DNA from: a virus
Taxonomy: Duplodnaviria > Caudoviricetes
Length of the DNA: 26,970 bases
Reading direction: 5' to 3' (one strand)
IMG/VR virus record: IMGVR_UViG_3300028610_000695
Span: 1 to 26,970 of that record
The position numbers were made by a program, and so were the translations under genes. Position 1 is the first letter of the stretch, and every line of letters begins with the position of its first letter. Under the pieces are notes generated by a model that searched no databases, had not been told where the DNA came from, and saw only the letters and a program-made list of their open reading frames with translations. Positions 23,316 to 26,970 of this stretch are shown piece after piece.

Positions 23316-24505
23316 TAGCCATATACAACTATAACCAAGTCGGTCAGGAGGCTTGGCTGTGTCATGGAAGCGGCATGACCTACACGGCAGCGAAACAGGC
23401 TGGATGTGACGTAACCCTAATCGACATGAAATCCTTATCCAACTATGCAGAACTGATTAAAAGCTTAGCAGGATATGACCTAGTAGCGTTTGGATTAAAG
23501 AGCGCATCGTATCGCATAGGTGAGGAAGTAATTAAGGCAGCAAAAGAGGTAGGGGCTAAAGTTTTAGTAGGTGGTATCCATACCGCTGCTTGTCCGAGTG
23601 ATTTAGTTGATAATCCTGATATTGATTATGTCTATTACGGCGAGAGCGAGATAACGTTTCCTAAATTCTTAAAGAACCCCGATGATTATGGTCGAGAGAT
23701 ACGAGGGGAGAAGCCAGAGAACTTAGATGACTTACCTTTTATGGATAGGTCGATATTTAGGGAAGCGGTCGAGGATGCTTGCGGATGGTGTGGTCATACT
23801 ACCCTAGTTTCTGCTATTGCAGCTCGTGGATGCCAATTTAATTGCGCCTTTTGTATGCCTGCCGAGAAGGTACACTTTGGAAAGAAAGTCAGACGGCGAT
23901 CAGTCGATAACTTCATTGAAGAATTATTGCAGCTAAAAGAAACTTATAACCCTGAGATGTTAATAATCTATGATGACACCTTTTTGCATCAGCCTCCGTG
24001 GATAGAAGAATTTATAGAGAAGTACCCCAAAGTAGGCATTCCTTTCTTCGCCTCAGCAAGGGCAGATGGCATTTGTAGATTTCCCCATTTATTAAAAGGC
24101 TTGATAGATGTAGGATTAGAGTTGTTATCGGTAGGCTTTGAGTCAGGGAGCCAGCGAGTATTGGACATTTTAGAAAAAGGGACTACGGTAGAACAGAATT
24201 ATGAGGCTGCCAGATATGCCAGAGAATACAACGTAAGGGCAATCTATGGTAATTATATGCTAGGTATCCCAACAGAGACTAAAGATGAAGTGAGGGCAAC
24301 TGTGGCAATGGCTAAAACTATAGACGCAGAGCTTAATAGTTGGGCTTTCTTTAGTCCGTATGCTGGTAATAAGTTAGGGGATAAGTGTATCAATGAGGGA
24401 CTGTCGTTAATGAACCGGCATGAACAGCACAGATATCCGAACGCACCGAAAATAAAAGGCGTGGACTATGACTTTTTACATAATGCCATAGCAGGGAAGG
24501 TATAG
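23300..24505 (+). CDS. Cobalamin-binding radical SAM enzyme (class B methylase-like); start may be ATC 23300, first ATG is 23375
   Basis: B12-domain motifs DLVAFG, VLVGGIH and DYVYYGESE; RGCQFNCAFC (CxxxCxxC); YDDTF; VGFESGSQRVL. Confidence 0.9.
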   Translation: MKTAIVAIYNYNQVGQEAWLCHGSGMTYTAAKQAGCDVTLIDMKSLSNYAELIKSLAGYDLVAFGLKSASYRIGEEVIKAAKEVGAKVLVGGIHTAACPSDLVDNPDIDYVYYGESEITFPKFLKNPDDYGREIRGEKPENLDDLPFMDRSIFREAVEDACGWCGHTTLVSAIAARGCQFNCAFCMPAEKVHFGKKVRRRSVDNFIEELLQLKETYNPEMLIIYDDTFLHQPPWIEEFIEKYPKVGIPFFASARADGICRFPHLLKGLIDVGLELLSVGFESGSQRVLDILEKGTTVEQNYEAARYAREYNVRAIYGNYMLGIPTETKDEVRATVAMAKTIDAELNSWAFFSPYAGNKLGDKCINEGLSLMNRHEQHRYPNAPKIKGVDYDFLHNAIAGKV

Positions 24506-24515
24506 GAGGAGCAGA

Positions 24516-24941
24516 ATGGATGCACAAACGATTTTTGATAATGCGATTGTAGCTCAGAGAGCCGAGGAAATGAAGACATCAGAACAATTAACTCTAGGTG
24601 AATTGATTATGAGTTTAGAGAAATGTCAGCAAGGGGCTGATATCAGCTTTGATTTTGAACACGCAAGACCAACAGACCTTACAAGCTACAGAGGAAATTA
24701 CAGAGAACTAGCTATATGCTTTGATTTTGATACAGAATTTTTAAAAGTGTCTAAATTTGTCGATATGTTAAAAGAGGCTATTGGAAAAACATATCAAGGC
24801 TGGAAAGGTGGCGATTTTCTAATGGGGAAAACTACACCAATGTGGGCTGCGAATAGTGGCAGCTGTGGACAGACAGCAATCATAGAGGTTGTAGACGATG
24901 AACTTGAGGTCATGTTAGTAACAAAAAGGTTAGGATACTAA
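24516..24941 (+). CDS. Conserved phage hypothetical protein
   Basis: LTLGELI..LE, SYRGNYRELA and GKTYQGWKGGDF..TPMW, a recurrent phage pattern; GGAGG SD. Confidence 0.75.
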   Translation: MDAQTIFDNAIVAQRAEEMKTSEQLTLGELIMSLEKCQQGADISFDFEHARPTDLTSYRGNYRELAICFDFDTEFLKVSKFVDMLKEAIGKTYQGWKGGDFLMGKTTPMWAANSGSCGQTAIIEVVDDELEVMLVTKRLGY

Positions 24942-25120
24942 TGGACAAACAAGACTTTAACCGCAAAGAGAAAGACGCACCCTTTAACAGGGCTACCCCT
25001 ACTAAGATAGTAGATACTAAAATACTTCCAAGCGGTGAGGTAGTTAATAAGTGGCAAGATGGATTATGGAGAAACGATAACGGGACTATTGTTACGGTGG
25101 CTGAAAAGGAGCAGAAATGA
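24941..25120 (+). CDS. Hypothetical 59-aa protein (not in ORF track)
   Basis: TAATG and ATGA overlaps at both ends; MDKQDFNRKEKDAPF...AEKEQK. Confidence 0.55.
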   Translation: MDKQDFNRKEKDAPFNRATPTKIVDTKILPSGEVVNKWQDGLWRNDNGTIVTVAEKEQK

Positions 25121-25392
25121 CAAAAACGTTTAACGGAGAACACTATCTAATAACTACGGACGATTGGTTTTATGCGCCAGATGGACAGAGTTATAAAGCA
25201 GTATGGGGTAAGGCACAGATTAGCAGCGATGAGGAAGTGTTAGGCTTCAAAGGGAGAGCGTCGGCAGCTAATTGGTTTTTAACAGTTACGGGAGATAAAA
25301 CAAACTGCCCTTTAATCGTGGCTGGGTGCCAAGTTCATTACGCTGTGATTTGCAATGATGAGCCGATAGGGTCTCATGTTTACAAACCATAA
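25117..25392 (+). CDS. Hypothetical phage protein
   Basis: AAGGAG SD; YLITTDDWFYAPDGQSYKAVWG...IVAGCQVHYA. Confidence 0.7.
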   Translation: MTKTFNGEHYLITTDDWFYAPDGQSYKAVWGKAQISSDEEVLGFKGRASAANWFLTVTGDKTNCPLIVAGCQVHYAVICNDEPIGSHVYKP

Positions 25393-25393
25393 C

Positions 25394-25636
25394 ATGAACA
25401 TCTTACAGAGCGACATAGACGAAATGAAAAGGGTAGAGGAAAAGGTTGTTGCGGAAACGATTAACGCAAATATCTTAAAGGCTTTTAGTAATTGGGAATA
25501 TAAAGACATACTAAAAACAGTGTTGAGAGGTCAAGCTTATCCATGTAGGTGCATGATAATACCATCAGACTTTAAAACACCCAAGGAACGCATAGAGGAC
25601 ATAATAGATAAGCTAGAAGATGAGGAGCAGCAGTGA
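25394..25636 (+). CDS. Hypothetical protein
   Basis: ATG 25394 just after the upstream stop (alternative start 25376). Confidence 0.5.
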   Translation: MNILQSDIDEMKRVEEKVVAETINANILKAFSNWEYKDILKTVLRGQAYPCRCMIIPSDFKTPKERIEDIIDKLEDEEQQ

Positions 25637-25758
25637 AAACATTAAAGGAATTTTTAAAGCTACTTAGCAGGGCAGGGTTTACGATAACCATCAGCCTTAG
25701 ATATTCAACATTAACGTTAGCAATAGTTATTATCTATTTAATCTGGAGCTTAATTTGA
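25633..25758 (+). CDS. 41-aa single-TM protein (not in ORF track)
   Basis: AGGAG SD, GTGA and TTGA overlaps; MKTLKEFLKLLSRAGFTITISLRYSTLTLAIVIIYLIWSLI. Confidence 0.5.
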   Translation: MKTLKEFLKLLSRAGFTITISLRYSTLTLAIVIIYLIWSLI

Positions 25759-26591
25759 AAATAGCCATAGGCATTATAGGATACGTTTCAAACGACCTAC
25801 ATCAAGAGTTTTTAGATAAGACTATCCAATCTATCCATAGTGACGAGCATGAGGTTGGGGTAATCATTTACCCTAACAAGTACGACCACAAAGCGTGGGA
25901 TACGACATCAAGCAAGTCTTGGAATGAATACAATGGGGCATACCCTATTTTTTGCCCTCACGATTTGAGACCAGAAAATCCTGTATCGGTTGCTGAATCA
26001 TGGAATAATCTTACGGACATTGCGTTTGGGGGGTTGAGTCATTCAACTGATTACTTACCAGCCGACTATCTCATAATCGCTAATTCAGATATCCTATTCC
26101 ATCCAAAGGCTATTGATAATCTAGTTAAGTTTGCCGAGGAGCATAAAGAGTTTATTATGTGGACTTCCGCTATACACCCTAACCTTAGGACGCTTAAAAA
26201 CGCTAAGACTGGAAATGACATAGGGGAGCATCCTCACTTTAGCTGCTTTATGATTAACAAAGATTACATAGATAAGGTTGGGGGATTTGATTCAGGCTTC
26301 CAAGCTGCCTATCTTGAGGACGCAAGCGCACATTTTAAGATATTAAGGCTAGGATATAAGGCAGGAATAACAACTTCATCTCTATTCTATCATGCTGGGT
26401 CAAGGACTATCGAATGTGACCCTGAACTGAAAAAAAAGAACATGGTAACTCATCAATTAAATAGAGAGTATTTTAAAAGGAAACACGGCTTTGATGTCGA
26501 TGGGGTTGGATTTTCCCCACCAGAAAAGATGCTAGAGGTGGGTTATCCATATCCGTTCAATAATGAGACTAAAGACTGGAAAGATTATTAG
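25755..26591 (+). CDS. GT2-like glycosyltransferase
   Basis: SVAESWN, YLIIANSDI, FSCFMI..IDKVGGFD..F..AYLED, FYHAGSRT. Confidence 0.9.
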   Translation: MKIAIGIIGYVSNDLHQEFLDKTIQSIHSDEHEVGVIIYPNKYDHKAWDTTSSKSWNEYNGAYPIFCPHDLRPENPVSVAESWNNLTDIAFGGLSHSTDYLPADYLIIANSDILFHPKAIDNLVKFAEEHKEFIMWTSAIHPNLRTLKNAKTGNDIGEHPHFSCFMINKDYIDKVGGFDSGFQAAYLEDASAHFKILRLGYKAGITTSSLFYHAGSRTIECDPELKKKNMVTHQLNREYFKRKHGFDVDGVGFSPPEKMLEVGYPYPFNNETKDWKDY

Positions 26592-26609
26592 AAAAGGAGC
26601 ATCTGTTTA

Positions 26610-26970
26610 ATGGGAAAGAAAAAGAGTCCGAAACAAAGAGAGCTAGAACAGAGTAGAGGTAAGAGGCAACCGACCCCACCAAAGAAGAAACTATCAGGCG
26701 TTAGGATACTAGCAGTCTGTGATTCGCCCAGAATTTCTACCGGATTTTCTAAGGTTTCGCAACAACTTTTAACCCGCTTCGCTAGAGAAGATGCCATGAT
26801 AGATATTATAGGCGTTAACGACATGGGCGGTTGGTATCATCCAAACGAATACCCCTTTAGAATCTACCCAGCTATGCCAGGAGCCAGTCAAGGCGGAGAT
26901 GTATACGGTAGGACTGTATTACAAGCAGCTCTTACAGGAAAGCACTCTGAACTACAACCAGCATGGAATT
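26610..26970 (+). CDS. GT4-like (GT-B) glycosyltransferase, N-terminal part, 3'-truncated (not in ORF track)
   Basis: AAGGAG SD; frame open to the window end; RILAVCDSPRISTGFSKVSQQLL..IIGVN..DVYG is a typical phage GT4 N-terminus, after a Lys-rich leader. Confidence 0.75.
   Translation, partial: MGKKKSPKQRELEQSRGKRQPTPPKKKLSGVRILAVCDSPRISTGFSKVSQQLLTRFAREDAMIDIIGVNDMGGWYHPNEYPFRIYPAMPGASQGGDVYGRTVLQAALTGKHSELQPAWN

Noticed and set aside
17539-26970. Host LPS/capsule locus beyond a prophage end, or a gtrABC serotype-conversion cassette
   Set aside because: No att site, integrase, flippase, polymerase or multi-TM transferase; the genes are interleaved with phage-type ORFs and continuous with head genes. 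Not fully excluded without flanking sequence.
1-26970. Stop-codon reassignment, tRNAs, CRISPR array
   Set aside because: TAA, TAG and TGA all end genes at sensible coupled junctions and long genes are uninterrupted; no cloverleaf or regularly spaced repeat was seen by eye.

Overview
A 27-kb piece of a tailed dsDNA phage (Caudoviricetes-like) genome, densely coded in the standard genetic code and almost entirely on the + strand. Gene order: terminase small subunit (5'-truncated) and large subunit; a ~3.9-kb island of about 20 tiny accessory ORFs (zinc-ribbon, ThiS/ubiquitin-like, PGDYG-like and Tat-signal-like proteins); portal; a ~7.8-kb block of nine fibre/decoration-like genes (tail-collar-like, Ser/Thr-repeat, and a DUF2341-LamG-beta-propeller glycosidase-like protein); a MuF/SPP1-gp7 minor head protein interrupted by a LAGLIDADG intein; then a >9-kb glycan-synthesis cluster running off the right edge (four GT-A/GT2-like and one GT4-like glycosyltransferases, SAM methyltransferase, formyltransferase, DegT aminotransferase, B12 radical SAM), which also carries an antisense HNH endonuclease with its own apparently leaderless promoter. 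No prohead protease, major capsid, integrase, tRNA, rRNA or CRISPR was seen. The leading candidate for a new system is a phage-encoded pathway that builds an N-formylated, methylated amino-sugar glycan, sits in the head-assembly region and plausibly glycosylates the virion. All family assignments come from recognising motifs by eye, not from database searches.
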